From NCBI GenBank assembly GCA_963713615.1, contig CAVQMM010000001.1:3712001-3776000 (forward strand): a stretch of 64,000 bases of DNA, read 5' to 3'. The notes beneath the pieces were generated by a model. It was not told the DNA's origin. It searched no databases and worked only from the letters and a program-made list of their open reading frames with translations. The stretch comes from an uncultured Chlamydiae bacterium. GTDB taxonomy: Bacteria; Chlamydiota; Chlamydiia; Chlamydiales; JAJFMA01. Made by a program: the position numbers and the translations under genes. Positions 30,440 to 40,915 of the stretch are shown here, piece by piece (within the stretch, counting starts at the first letter, position 1; each line of letters opens with the position of its first letter).

Positions 30440-30580
30440 GAGGATAGGAATTAGGATTTTTACCGCCGAGACACCGAGATAGGGGAGAGAGGATTTAGGA
30501 AAGAATATCCCGTTTGTGGAGCCTAGGACATTCTCTCCTAAATCCTCTCTCTCCTTAGAATGACACCAGATCGAATAGCC

Positions 30581-30740
30581 GGCCTTATTCACCTTTGCGG
30601 TCAGTTTTCGGTCGACTGCAAAAGGATCGTCTGTCGCGTTTTGCTCCTCGGACATAGCTGGCGCTATGCCCTCGTCACAAACCACGACATCCGACCTTTT
30701 TCGTCCGACCGAAATTCTGACCGTAAAGGTGAACAAGGCC
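30581..30740. mobile_element. 160-bp MITE copy 3
   Basis: 8-bp TSD GAATAGCC at 30573-30580 and 30741-30748. Confidence 0.93.
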
Positions 30741-30748
30741 GAATAGCC

Positions 30749-30880
30749 GAATACTGAAAACGTCTTTTTGTGAACTTCTATTCCTAGAAATACGGTATTT
30801 TCATATGATGCTGTCATGAACAGTCCTCCTTCTCGTTGTTGTTCGTTACTTCGCGAGAATACGGACTGTTCTTTTTTTTG
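30749..30880 (-). pseudogene. IS110-family transposase N-terminal remnant with its upstream non-coding end
   Basis: MTASYENTVFLGIEVHKKTFSV resembles the IS110 GIDVHKK motif. AGGAGG RBS upstream, and the frame is interrupted by the MITE. Confidence 0.6.
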
Positions 30881-30978
30881 CTACTCTCTTTCCCTCAGCA
30901 TAGCAACTCGGTGTCTCGGCGCCTCGGCGGTAAAAATCCTAATTCCTATCCTCCTAGATCCGTGCATATGTTACTACA

Positions 30979-31989
30979 CTACTCCTCTCCTTCTCCCTCT
31001 TTCTCTTCTCCTCTTCCTAGCATTGCCTCCCACTTTTCGTGGAGCCTAGCGAGGCGTTCCACCAGTTGCTTAAGGAGATCGAGATTTTCTTCATCGGAAG
31101 GGCGAGGCACACGTCCAGTGGTGGCCAGACCAATGTCTCTTGCCAACGCTAAAGGAGGAGGGTGAGCTGCATTTTCACCGGTTTTGCCTTCCATCTGATT
31201 GAGGAGGCGCTCCATCTTTTTGAGCTCTTGTGCTACAGCCGCTGTCATCATAGCTTTCTCCTCTTCCAGCACAAAGGCTGGGGGAGTAGCGGGTGCTGCC
31301 AAAGGGGCTTGAGCAGTAGCGTCCTGTGGCTGCAGCTTGGCTACTAGAGTCTTCAGCTCAGCATTCTGCCGTTGCACGGACTCCACTTCTCCTTGAAGCG
31401 TGTCGATAATGGCATCTTTGCTGAGGACTTCCTCATGAAGCTGGTCCACGGGAGACTTTGGGATAGCTACAGCGACGTCTAAACCTTCGCGGAGAGCTTG
31501 ACGCGACTCATTAACGATCTCTAGGACCTTTTGAGCATGGTCGACGACATCTTGGTGCCGAATGCTCTGCAGGGCTACTAGAAAGGCGGGCAACCGAATA
31601 GTCTCTACTTCCGTGGCGGGCCAATTCTGCACTTCGATGAGCCAACGGATGAACCCTTCGTAGGTCGCAAAGCCATCCGGCGCTATAGGCAAATCCAGCA
31701 GCAGCGCTGGGCTGACGATGCGATGAAAGTGAATTAGCTGCAGCAAGAGGCCAGGAATGGATTCTATAGCGCTGCAGCTCTTCTCAACAGCCCAAGAGAG
31801 TCGGCTGGTACTGACGAGTATCAGCCCATTGATGAACGAGTAGTAACGGCCAGTGCGTGATCCTTTTGCGTAGAGATTACCTTGGCCATCAGCCACCAAT
31901 CCCACAGGTAAACCGTTCACTAGCTTGACATGACGCAACAAGGCCACGTTTGCCGCTAGCTTTTCCCACGTGAATGGAATACTGGACAT
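30979..31989 (-). CDS. Hypothetical coiled-coil protein
   Basis: 336-aa ORF immediately downstream of valS, with a heptad-rich C-terminal half. Confidence 0.75.
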   Translation of the reverse strand: MSSIPFTWEKLAANVALLRHVKLVNGLPVGLVADGQGNLYAKGSRTGRYYSFINGLILVSTSRLSWAVEKSCSAIESIPGLLLQLIHFHRIVSPALLLDLPIAPDGFATYEGFIRWLIEVQNWPATEVETIRLPAFLVALQSIRHQDVVDHAQKVLEIVNESRQALREGLDVAVAIPKSPVDQLHEEVLSKDAIIDTLQGEVESVQRQNAELKTLVAKLQPQDATAQAPLAAPATPPAFVLEEEKAMMTAAVAQELKKMERLLNQMEGKTGENAAHPPPLALARDIGLATTGRVPRPSDEENLDLLKQLVERLARLHEKWEAMLGRGEEKEGEGEE

Positions 31990-31993
31990 TGCT

Positions 31994-34870
31994 CTACTCC
32001 TTCATGTTGCCGAATCCTATCAACTTGGAGGTGACTTCGCTTAGTTCCTTCTCCCCTTGCAGCAGCTGCTCTCGTTGCTTTGCTAGGAACTGCTGGGGGG
32101 CTTTCTCAATGAACTCTGGATTTTCCAGCTGACGCCGTAGCTTATCAGTCGCTAAAGTCAGGCGCTCCTGTTCTTTAGAGAGCCTGTTTTTTTCTTTTTC
32201 GACAAGTTCTGGTGGAAGAGGAATCATAATTTTTACCGAATCCAGCACTCCGGTAGAGCAAAATCCTATAGCAGGTTCATCGCCGGTATGCACGGCGATC
32301 TGGTGTATGCGCACCAAAGCTTGGATAATTCCGAAATTGTCTTCTAGAGTCTTGAGATTTGCATCGCCCGCTTGACCGACGAATTGTACTTCTGTAGACG
32401 TCGATGGGGGAAGCTGCATCTCGCCACGGATGTTGCGGATGGTGTAAACGGCTCTTTCTACCAGGTCGAAGGTTGCGTTGATCTCGGGATTGATGTCTTT
32501 TTCTCTCACTACCGTGGGGTATGGAGCAACGATACAAGCAGGGCTTTGCAGTGCCTGAATGGTTTCTGCTGTATAGGGATCTACCCCAGCCTTTAGGCTG
32601 ACCCCGCTTAGACGTTCCTTGAGTTTTTGAAAGAGTTCTTCAGTGATGAAGGGAGCCATCGGGTGCAACAGTCGCATCGCCTGGTTTAGCACGATCACCA
32701 ACAACCTTTGCTTGTTCTGGCGTTCCTGTGGAGTGCCTCTCTTGCCAAATAGGACAGGCTTGACGATCTCCAAGTAGAAGGCACAAAACTCCTTCCAGAA
32801 GAATTCGTAGGCCTCCATGGCAGCCTGATCAAAGGCATAAACACCCAGCTTCTCGTTAACGTCCCGGACAGTGCGGTTTAGCACCGATAGAATCCAATGG
32901 TCTTCGAGTGAGAGCAGGCTCTCATCCAACCCTTCTGAGAACACTTCAGCCGACAGGGGTGTGGTCCCTGCCGCTTCATCACCTTCCAGGTGCATGAATA
33001 CAAAGCGTGCTCCGTTCCAAACTTTGTTGGCAAAGTTTTTGAACTCTTCGAAACGACGGCGATCGAGGTCGATCTGACGAGCCTGTGTGGCGCTGGAGCA
33101 CAAAGCCATACGCATGGCATCGGTGCCATAAAGTTCGATGACTTCCAACGGGTCTATGATGTTGCCTTTGGATTTCGACATCTTTTCCCACTTGGACTTA
33201 ACGTCTTTGGCAAGAGGTTTGCCTAGGTCATAGCCTTCGCGTTCCTGGTCACTGACATAGGTGATGCCTCCATCGGCGTTGTCACGCCAATAGGACTTTC
33301 CGTAGATCAAGCCATGCAGAAATACTTCTGGAAAGGGAACCTTCCCCAAAGCATATTCTCCCATCATAATCATACGCGCTACCCAGAAGAATAGGATGTC
33401 ATGGCCAGTGATGAGCAAACTGTTGGGGTAAAAGGCGTTCATTTCTGGAGTCATTTCTGGCCAACCAAGTGTGCTAAAGGGCCATAATGCCGCCGAAAAC
33501 CATGTGTCGAGGACGTCTTCGTCCTGAATCCACATGTCTGGCTCCTTCTCCACCTGAGGAGGTTGCCCTTCACCTTCATAGCAGAGGCATACATCGGCAT
33601 TGTCCTTGCGGTACCAAATGGGTATGCGGTGGCCCCACCAAAGCTGACGGCTGATACACCAGTCACGCAGGTTATCGATCCAGTGAAAATAAACCTTATC
33701 CCAATGTTGTGGAATGAGTTTTGTCTTCTGTTGCTCAATGGCTGCCCGCAGGTGTTTGCCAAAATTCTCCATGCGCACGAACCACTGCTTAGACATATAA
33801 GGCTCAATGATGGCCTTGCTGCGATAGGAACGGCCTACGCGGTTGATGTGTGGATCCACCTTCACCAAAAGGCCTGCATCCTTCATGGCCTGGACTACAG
33901 CAGCACGTCCTTCTTCCATTGTCATCCCAGCAAAACGCCCACCGTTTTCGTTGATGCGTCCATCCGGAGTCATCATGTTCACGAAGGGTAACTGGTGTCT
34001 GAAGGCCATCTGGTAATCATTAGGGTCGTGTGCTGGTGTAATTTTAACAGCCCCAGTACCAAATTGAGAGTCGACATAGTGGTCAGCAATTAGCGGTATA
34101 TCGCGTTCGGCGAGAGGCTGACGTATCATCTTTCCCACAAGCTTACTGAAACGTGCATCAGAGGGAGATACAGCGACGGCGGTATCCCCAAGCATCGTTT
34201 CAGGGCGCGTTGTGGCTATTTCCACATAACCACTGCCATCGACAAAAGGGTACTTAAAGTACCACAGAAACGATTGGCGCTCTTCGTACTCCACCTCGTC
34301 GTCGGCCAGGGCGGTCTGCGTCACTGGATCCCAGTTCACCAAATAGTCGCCACGGTAGATGAGGTCTGCGTTGTACAGCTTTTTGAACATCGTTCGTACA
34401 GCGTGGTTGGCGGCAGGATCCATGGTAAACCGCTCGCGATTCCAGTCACAACTGCATCCTAGAGCCTTTAACTGACCTATTATGCGCTTCTGGCTATCTT
34501 CCTTCCAATCCCAAACCCGCTTAAGGAATTCTTCGCGGCTATAATCCTTGCGACGCTTGCCCTCGGTTTTGATCAAGTGCCGCTCGACAACAGTTTGCGT
34601 TGCTATTCCTGCATGATCAGTGCCAGGCACCCATAAAACTTCCTTGCCTTGCATCCGACGCCAACGCACAATCACATCCTGCAATGTGCTAACTAAGGCG
34701 TGGCCCATGTGAAGCACACCCGTCACATTTGGCGGAGGCATCACAATGCTAAATTTTTCTTTATCAGAATCAGGGTTAGCACTGAAGTAGCCCTTCTGCT
34801 GCCAAAGGGCGTACAATTTTTGCTCTATCGTCTTGGCCTCGTAGGCTTTCGGAAGATCTGTCTCGGGCAT
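31994..34870 (-). CDS. valS: Valyl-tRNA synthetase
   Basis: PPPNVTGVLHMGH, DWCISRQLWWGH and KMSKS motifs. Confidence 0.98.
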   Translation of the reverse strand: MPETDLPKAYEAKTIEQKLYALWQQKGYFSANPDSDKEKFSIVMPPPNVTGVLHMGHALVSTLQDVIVRWRRMQGKEVLWVPGTDHAGIATQTVVERHLIKTEGKRRKDYSREEFLKRVWDWKEDSQKRIIGQLKALGCSCDWNRERFTMDPAANHAVRTMFKKLYNADLIYRGDYLVNWDPVTQTALADDEVEYEERQSFLWYFKYPFVDGSGYVEIATTRPETMLGDTAVAVSPSDARFSKLVGKMIRQPLAERDIPLIADHYVDSQFGTGAVKITPAHDPNDYQMAFRHQLPFVNMMTPDGRINENGGRFAGMTMEEGRAAVVQAMKDAGLLVKVDPHINRVGRSYRSKAIIEPYMSKQWFVRMENFGKHLRAAIEQQKTKLIPQHWDKVYFHWIDNLRDWCISRQLWWGHRIPIWYRKDNADVCLCYEGEGQPPQVEKEPDMWIQDEDVLDTWFSAALWPFSTLGWPEMTPEMNAFYPNSLLITGHDILFFWVARMIMMGEYALGKVPFPEVFLHGLIYGKSYWRDNADGGITYVSDQEREGYDLGKPLAKDVKSKWEKMSKSKGNIIDPLEVIELYGTDAMRMALCSSATQARQIDLDRRRFEEFKNFANKVWNGARFVFMHLEGDEAAGTTPLSAEVFSEGLDESLLSLEDHWILSVLNRTVRDVNEKLGVYAFDQAAMEAYEFFWKEFCAFYLEIVKPVLFGKRGTPQERQNKQRLLVIVLNQAMRLLHPMAPFITEELFQKLKERLSGVSLKAGVDPYTAETIQALQSPACIVAPYPTVVREKDINPEINATFDLVERAVYTIRNIRGEMQLPPSTSTEVQFVGQAGDANLKTLEDNFGIIQALVRIHQIAVHTGDEPAIGFCSTGVLDSVKIMIPLPPELVEKEKNRLSKEQERLTLATDKLRRQLENPEFIEKAPQQFLAKQREQLLQGEKELSEVTSKLIGFGNMKE

Positions 34871-35301
34871 GATGATTGTAAAATTTATCAGGGGTTATCG
34901 AAGTTGTTTCATTGGAAAATCTAGCATACTCGTTTTCGATTTGCTAGGGTATAGATTTTGCTCGGTCTTTTTGATGACTTTTTAACATTACCAATATAGT
35001 ATTAATATTTGTAAAACTAATTATATTAACTATAAGTGAATTTTAAATTTAGTTATAAAATGCGGCAATAGTATAATTATGTTTGAGGTTGAGAATGAAG
35101 GACGTAATAGATGACTCTGAGGTTTCCTAGATGAATCGGCATGAATCTTGCTCTGATATAGTAACTATATAAGGCGGCCGAAGAAAGGCCGTTAGGGCTC
35201 CTCAGGACAGAGTGTATTATCAGGCGACAAAACAATAATTTGGCCTATATGATATACTTAGGTTAGAGATCAGAGAGGCGTCCGGAGTGGAGGTAAAGGC
35301 T

Positions 35302-37113
35302 ATGTTTAAGATGCAAAGACCACATGAGCTAGCCGAGGCCCTAAGAGGACAGAAGAACGTTGTCCTTTCCCGCAGGGGGAACTGGAAGATCCGTGGAGAC
35401 TTCCTGAGCGGACTTCAACAGGTCTTAGGTTTATCTGCCAATCGTCGCTTAGCGGTTGCTAGAGTCTTTCTACGCGCTCTGGACCAGCTAGAAGTAGTTC
35501 CAGTTCGCTTTGGTGAAGACGAAGATCAAGTGGTCGATTTCGTTGGTTACCTGGAAGTTGCCTCTGCCTTAGAAGAACTACTAAGCCGTCAAGCCTCTCC
35601 AAAAGCCCAAGAACTCCTCTTCCGCCTCCAAGATCGTATCGTAGGCCTTAAGTATCGCCTGGAAGGCGTCAATGGTGGTCTTGATGCCTTTGATGATGTA
35701 GAAGTTCTCTTTGCTCACCTAAGTCAACAAGCTGCTGAATGGAAAAGTCAACAAACCTCCTTCTACGGTGTAGGCTTGGACGAAAGTGATGTACGCCGTC
35801 TCCGTGAGACAGCTGGTTATACAGCTTTTGTAAAGCTCCTGGATAGCAATACTGCTCTTCGCGAAGCTTTCTTCCAGTGGACAATCCGTGACCGTGTTGA
35901 CGTAGACACCTTCATCCAATTCCCAGCTCTCCGCGAACGTCTCAGTAAAGCCTACTTAACGGCCCGCATTGGCCGTTTCGGCGGCAGCTTCGCCCGCGCT
36001 CAGAAAGTTGCCACTCAAGGCGGCATGCGCAAACTCGTTACTCTACCTTTCGAAGGTAAACAGATCAGCGTCCTTGATGACCAACGTGCCGTTACCTTCC
36101 GTGGCAACTATCGTCTGACCATGAAACAAATCTTCGCTATCTTCGCCGCCAAAATGGAACGTGTCGGCGACCTAGAATTTCTTGGCAATGGGATTAATAA
36201 CTGGAATGCACATCTGTTAGGATGGTGGGACGCTGATGCTAAAGAATATCAACAAGTAACTGTTACACGTAACGCTTGGTGGAAAGAACTTCCTGTCATG
36301 GAACAACTCACCCTAGCCCAAGCTAGACAACGTTATGGAGAACATCTAGACGGTCAGCAATGGGCTTTAGCCGTTAACGCCACTCGTACTACCCGTACCT
36401 TAAACCCTGATGCTAGCCATGCCTTTGTGGAGATGGTTGTTCCGATGAGCGATAGCAATTATGCCGTTTATGCCATGGGTAAGTTCGCCACCACCTATGC
36501 CGGTAGCCTCTTTGATTCGTTGAAACTCTTCACAGCTACACTCCATGCTACCGTGGCCTATCCTGATGAGAATATCTTCTACACTCACCGCCAGCATATC
36601 CGTAAGAGCTTCCCTATTACCCCTGCGGAAGGGATGAAATACATGGAATCTATCCGCAAAGACATCGTTAAAGCCCGTGAAGGTAACCTGACCTACCAGA
36701 TCGAGTCTGAAAACTGTGCCAAATGGATTCAAGATAAGCTTGAAGAACAGTTTGGTTCCGAACGAGTACCTAACCTGTTCCGTATCTCCATGCTGGACAC
36801 GGAACCTCCTGGAGCTGCTGCTGGTCTCTTCGTTGTTCTGCGCCTTCTGCCCCGTTCTCTGCATAGCCCAGTGCTTTCCATGCTTCACTATTTCGTTGGC
36901 GCTTGGCGCGGTGTCTGGATAGAAGAAAATGGCCAACAGCAATGGCGCTCTATCACCACAACACAGTTCTGGCAAGACAAAGTATGTTATCTGCCAGCAG
37001 TCATGCACCAACAGAATCAGCCAGTTGCTACGGTTGCTGTAACTCATAGCGTGCCTGCTGTTGGTGGATCTGGCTCTGACTTTCCTTCTGCTGGAGCCTT
37101 GGTTTTAGCATAG
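35302..37113 (+). CDS. Hypothetical protein with a possible permuted papain-like (His...Cys) catalytic motif
   Basis: 603-aa ORF with a GGAGG RBS. SHAFVEM precedes YQIESENCAKW. Confidence 0.75.
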   Translation: MFKMQRPHELAEALRGQKNVVLSRRGNWKIRGDFLSGLQQVLGLSANRRLAVARVFLRALDQLEVVPVRFGEDEDQVVDFVGYLEVASALEELLSRQASPKAQELLFRLQDRIVGLKYRLEGVNGGLDAFDDVEVLFAHLSQQAAEWKSQQTSFYGVGLDESDVRRLRETAGYTAFVKLLDSNTALREAFFQWTIRDRVDVDTFIQFPALRERLSKAYLTARIGRFGGSFARAQKVATQGGMRKLVTLPFEGKQISVLDDQRAVTFRGNYRLTMKQIFAIFAAKMERVGDLEFLGNGINNWNAHLLGWWDADAKEYQQVTVTRNAWWKELPVMEQLTLAQARQRYGEHLDGQQWALAVNATRTTRTLNPDASHAFVEMVVPMSDSNYAVYAMGKFATTYAGSLFDSLKLFTATLHATVAYPDENIFYTHRQHIRKSFPITPAEGMKYMESIRKDIVKAREGNLTYQIESENCAKWIQDKLEEQFGSERVPNLFRISMLDTEPPGAAAGLFVVLRLLPRSLHSPVLSMLHYFVGAWRGVWIEENGQQQWRSITTTQFWQDKVCYLPAVMHQQNQPVATVAVTHSVPAVGGSGSDFPSAGALVLA

Positions 37114-37250
37114 TAGCCACTGCCTTCGGCTTCCTCCCTTCCTCTCATGTCCTTGCGGATCAGATATCTTTGTGCTATAATACTTTGCGCTCAAGTAATT
37201 GTGGCATAGGGATATTCAAAATATGTTTTACAAACCCATGGAGAGATATT

Positions 37251-38357
37251 ATGCAATTAGTCACTAGCTTCATACCGCCGTTATTTCAAGTGGATAGATC
37301 CGAAAGTACTGAAAAACTGCAGAACACGCAATCATCACCGCACACGATGTTCTCATTCCATGTTCCCGGCAGCTCATTCTGGTCTTGGGATGAGTGCAAA
37401 GTTAGAATTATACGTTATGCTGAACTCACCCCTGATCTTTTTACTCTCGCGGATTCTACGAAGACATTGGTTAATGCAACGTATCATTCTGTGCCTATTG
37501 TTCTACGAGTGACTTTTGCTTCAGTTGGTCTGTCCAACATGTTGATGATCCCTGTGCTGGTTAAGTACACCCATGGTCTTTTAACGAGGCTTATTCCGAA
37601 CCTATTCCATAGATCTATCGGGGGATCCATCGATTTTTCCCTAAAACTCAGCTATATTGGTACTCTGGTCGTAGCTTGTTCCGCCTTGGTTACATTCGGT
37701 ATTAATGAAGCCCGCTCCTTACTGAATTTGAGCCCTATCTTGGGAAGATTTCTTAACATGGTGGTTCCTTATTTAAGCTATATCATTCGTCTATCGGCTA
37801 TCTTACAGATCATGGACATCTTCTGTGGTGCTCGGTTCACAAGCCAGATAGATGATGCGATGAAGATTTCCGAGCGTCGTCCCGACTGGATGGCGAATCG
37901 TCGATTTCCGGTAATGGCAATGCTCAATCCCATTAATAGTCTCAGCTTCGTGTTTCAGGGGATTAAAGATAGTTGTGACCGAGCAAAGGCATCCGTGGAC
38001 ATTATTAAGCATAATCGTCGCTATTTGCGTCGAGCCAATGGTCATGCTATAGGACTTAAGACGACAGTTAAAAGATTAGAGGCAGGTTTACAGTCCTGGA
38101 ATCCCATTCGCTGCCTCGGAGCTATAGCAGAAGCTAACCAGCTGGCGGTAAAGCTGCGCGATCGTTCTGTAGGTCATATCACCTACCAAGTGTATGGGTT
38201 GGGAGCTAACGCGTTTGGTTTGTTTGCGATGTTATTGACCAACTCCGTTGCCGTAGCTATCTTTGCGCTCGGTTCAGCTGGGTACTATATAAGTCAGACA
38301 GTTCATGGATGGTACATGGATTCATCCCCGCAGTTTGATAAGAAGCGTACCATTTAG
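37251..38357 (+). CDS. Hypothetical multi-pass membrane protein (Inc-like orphan)
   Basis: Several long hydrophobic segments and a GGAG RBS. Confidence 0.7.
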   Translation: MQLVTSFIPPLFQVDRSESTEKLQNTQSSPHTMFSFHVPGSSFWSWDECKVRIIRYAELTPDLFTLADSTKTLVNATYHSVPIVLRVTFASVGLSNMLMIPVLVKYTHGLLTRLIPNLFHRSIGGSIDFSLKLSYIGTLVVACSALVTFGINEARSLLNLSPILGRFLNMVVPYLSYIIRLSAILQIMDIFCGARFTSQIDDAMKISERRPDWMANRRFPVMAMLNPINSLSFVFQGIKDSCDRAKASVDIIKHNRRYLRRANGHAIGLKTTVKRLEAGLQSWNPIRCLGAIAEANQLAVKLRDRSVGHITYQVYGLGANAFGLFAMLLTNSVAVAIFALGSAGYYISQTVHGWYMDSSPQFDKKRTI

Positions 38358-38706
38358 CCCTGAGGCAAAAAAAGAAAGTTCAACGCAAAGATGCAAAGAA
38401 AAGCTCACGCGGATGGACTAAAGGACCAAGGGACATAAAAGACATAAAGAGGTAATTGCAGAAGTCCGGTTTCCGAAGTCAATTTCCTGAAACTCGACGG
38501 CTGGCGAAGAGAGATAAGCCATTCCCTTCCCAGGCCCGAAGGGTCGATATTGCAACAGGCCAGGGCATCGCCCCATAGGCCTCAACCTAACAGGTCTTTT
38601 GAGCTTATATCTCAATGACTTAGGACTTCACAATCGTATCTCGGCGCGCAGCGCTTTGGAGTGCGGTCGCTTGCGACGTAAGCGTCAATTGAGGCCATCT
38701 GGCGAT

Positions 38707-40251
38707 TTATTCGGCAGTGGGGGCTGATGAGGTGGATGAGGCCTTTGCTTGTCGCCTGGCGGCAGCCCAAGCGTCGGGCAGAAGCTCGTGAAGTTTTTGA
38801 GAATTATGGGCTGGCAGGCGCCTCATCACATCCTCTAGGTATTCGTGGGGGTTGACTCCTATCGCGCGGCAGGTCTGTACCAGGCTTAGCAGTACGGCGG
38901 AAGCTTCCCCACCCTCCTCGCTTCCAATAAACATCCAGTTCTTGCGGCCAATAGCTAGAGGGCGTATCGCTCGCTCCGCTACATTGTTGTCGAGACGCGC
39001 AAATGCATGTTGGGTGTAGTTTTTCAGATGGGGAATTAAGCTGCAATAATAGCCTAGAGCCTCCCTTAGATTCGATTTGGGAAGAGCCTTGCCATTAACC
39101 AGCCGGTCCTTGATGCGTGCAGTCAGCTCATCTATTATTGGAGCTTCTTTCTCTTGTCTTATCCGCAGACGTTCCTCTGGAGAACGTTCCCAAGCAACTC
39201 TCTCTAACATAAATAGATATTTTATCTTGCGCAGTACCCAGCTAACAAATTTTTTATCGCCACCTACAGCGTCGAAAAACTTGCGCCGAATGTGACTCCA
39301 GCATGGACACCAAGTGAATTGCTTCTTATTAGCCAGTGCTTCATAGGCTCCATATTTATCCGAATGGACAACACCTTTATATCCAGCTAGTATTTCCACA
39401 GCATGCTTGTGGCAGCGGTCCGTGCGAAAATGATAGACTCGATAAGGCGGATTTTTTTCCTGCCCTCCAACGATCACCCACATAAAAGCCTGGTGCACCT
39501 TTCCCTTACCAGGGACAAGCATGTCCACAGGAGATTCGTCCACAAAAACATTGTTGCTGCTGAGCACGCGAGCAATCATTTCTTCATATAGCGCCTTTAA
39601 GGCATATCCACAGCGCATTACCCACTTGCAAAGTATTTGTCGGCTGATGAGAATGCCCTCGCGAGCTAAGATTTCCGATTGACGAAATAAAGGAAGGTGA
39701 TCGGCGAATTTTTTCACGATCACACTGGCTAAAAGACTTTCATCGGCTTGACAGCGAGGAAAAATGCTATCTGGTAAATCTGCGATAAAAACGCCCTCTT
39801 CACTATGTGCTCTACATGCATACTTGGGACGTACTAGCTCCTTGACGTAGTAGCTACCTGGCGTATGCGCTATTTTGTGAGTGACTTCTTCGCCAATTTT
39901 GACGAGGGCTTCACCCGTTGTAGGGCAAACTTTTTGATCCTCTGGCAAATCTAAAATACAGCGTTGAACGGGAATATTGTCTGGAAGCGTAATTTTATCT
40001 TTGCCATTGCGCCCCTGCTTAACCCGTCGATGAGCAGGCACATTTATTGTCTCTTTTTGCTCTTCGGAACCAAGATTTTCGAAACCTTCCAGGTAGAGTT
40101 GTTGACCGCCATCGTCGACTACTTTTTCCGAACGTTTCCCAAAAATCTGACGCCTAAACCATTCAAGCTGCTCCTTGAGAAAGCTATTCTCATTTCGCAG
40201 GGAATAAATTTCCGATTGAAGATGTTCTAGTGATAGTGTTGAGGTTTCCAT
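38707..40251 (-). CDS. tnpC: IS66 transposase TnpC
   Basis: FGKRSEK, KFADHLPLFRQ, VDESP, CWSHIRRKF and DNNVAERAIR motifs. Confidence 0.95.
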   Translation of the reverse strand: METSTLSLEHLQSEIYSLRNENSFLKEQLEWFRRQIFGKRSEKVVDDGGQQLYLEGFENLGSEEQKETINVPAHRRVKQGRNGKDKITLPDNIPVQRCILDLPEDQKVCPTTGEALVKIGEEVTHKIAHTPGSYYVKELVRPKYACRAHSEEGVFIADLPDSIFPRCQADESLLASVIVKKFADHLPLFRQSEILAREGILISRQILCKWVMRCGYALKALYEEMIARVLSSNNVFVDESPVDMLVPGKGKVHQAFMWVIVGGQEKNPPYRVYHFRTDRCHKHAVEILAGYKGVVHSDKYGAYEALANKKQFTWCPCWSHIRRKFFDAVGGDKKFVSWVLRKIKYLFMLERVAWERSPEERLRIRQEKEAPIIDELTARIKDRLVNGKALPKSNLREALGYYCSLIPHLKNYTQHAFARLDNNVAERAIRPLAIGRKNWMFIGSEEGGEASAVLLSLVQTCRAIGVNPHEYLEDVMRRLPAHNSQKLHELLPDAWAAARRQAKASSTSSAPTAE

Positions 40252-40327
40252 ATGCTCTAAATCATATCACAGACCCCCTCTATTATCAAGTATTTTATCT
40301 AATAAAATACACATTGTTTTTAGGATT

Positions 40328-40915
40328 TTAGGCTCGATGACTACTCTCCAACAACATTAGAAATTCTCGACGATCGATAGCGGAATCTGGAATGCTTCCA
40401 TTGCGAAAACTTCCTTTTTCAAGTCGCTTGTACCAGACGGCATGACCATTACCATCCCAGTAAAAGACCTTCACTAGATTTCTACGACGATTTAAAAAAA
40501 CGAAGTAGGCCCCGCAGGTAAATTCGCCCGAGAACGAACTGTCAACAAGATTGCTCAAGCACTCAAATCCCTTTCGCATATCGATCGGCTCTTGATAGAG
40601 AAAGACACCCTTGTTTTTCTGATATGACGACCTCAGAGTTTTGCTCGCAGACTTTAGGGTTAGATAGACGCTCTTCTGATCAAGCGAAAGCTTGAGCTCG
40701 GGCAGGGTAATGTCTATCCAACCCGTCGAGGAAATGTGGTCGGGCGGGCTAACTTTAAAGCGTTGGTACCAGTACAAGAGCTGCTGGTAGCTTATATTGT
40801 TCTCTAGGCACCACCTGCGGCCACTCTGACCGCTCGCCATCCATTGGTCTATGCGTCGAGCCCACTCAGAACGCTTCCTTTTGAAATCCATTAGTATCTC
40901 CATGGTTAGGGTCAT
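40328..40915 (-). CDS. tnpB: IS66 accessory protein, apparent TnpA-TnpB fusion
   Basis: N-terminal TnpA-like HTH (W..SGQSGRRWC...ISYQQLLYW) is in frame with TnpB motifs DMRKGF, FVFLNRRR and WDGNG...YKRLEKG. Confidence 0.85.
   Translation of the reverse strand: MTLTMEILMDFKRKRSEWARRIDQWMASGQSGRRWCLENNISYQQLLYWYQRFKVSPPDHISSTGWIDITLPELKLSLDQKSVYLTLKSASKTLRSSYQKNKGVFLYQEPIDMRKGFECLSNLVDSSFSGEFTCGAYFVFLNRRRNLVKVFYWDGNGHAVWYKRLEKGSFRNGSIPDSAIDRREFLMLLESSHRA

Larger units (their letters stand above)
30437..30975. repeat. Family A arms enclosing a MITE and an IS110 remnant
   Basis: TTTTACCGCCGAGACACCGAGATAGG near 30458, and CTCGGTGTCTCGGCGCCTCGGCGGTAAAA near 30907. Confidence 0.8.

Noticed and set aside
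29439..30740. Composite transposon of two MITEs carrying the methyltransferase
   Set aside because: Each MITE has its own distinct 8-bp TSD, so they inserted independently.
36400..37047. 215-aa antisense ORF and similar shadow ORFs inside long genes
   Set aside because: They overlap well-supported genes on the opposite strand and have no recognisable motifs.
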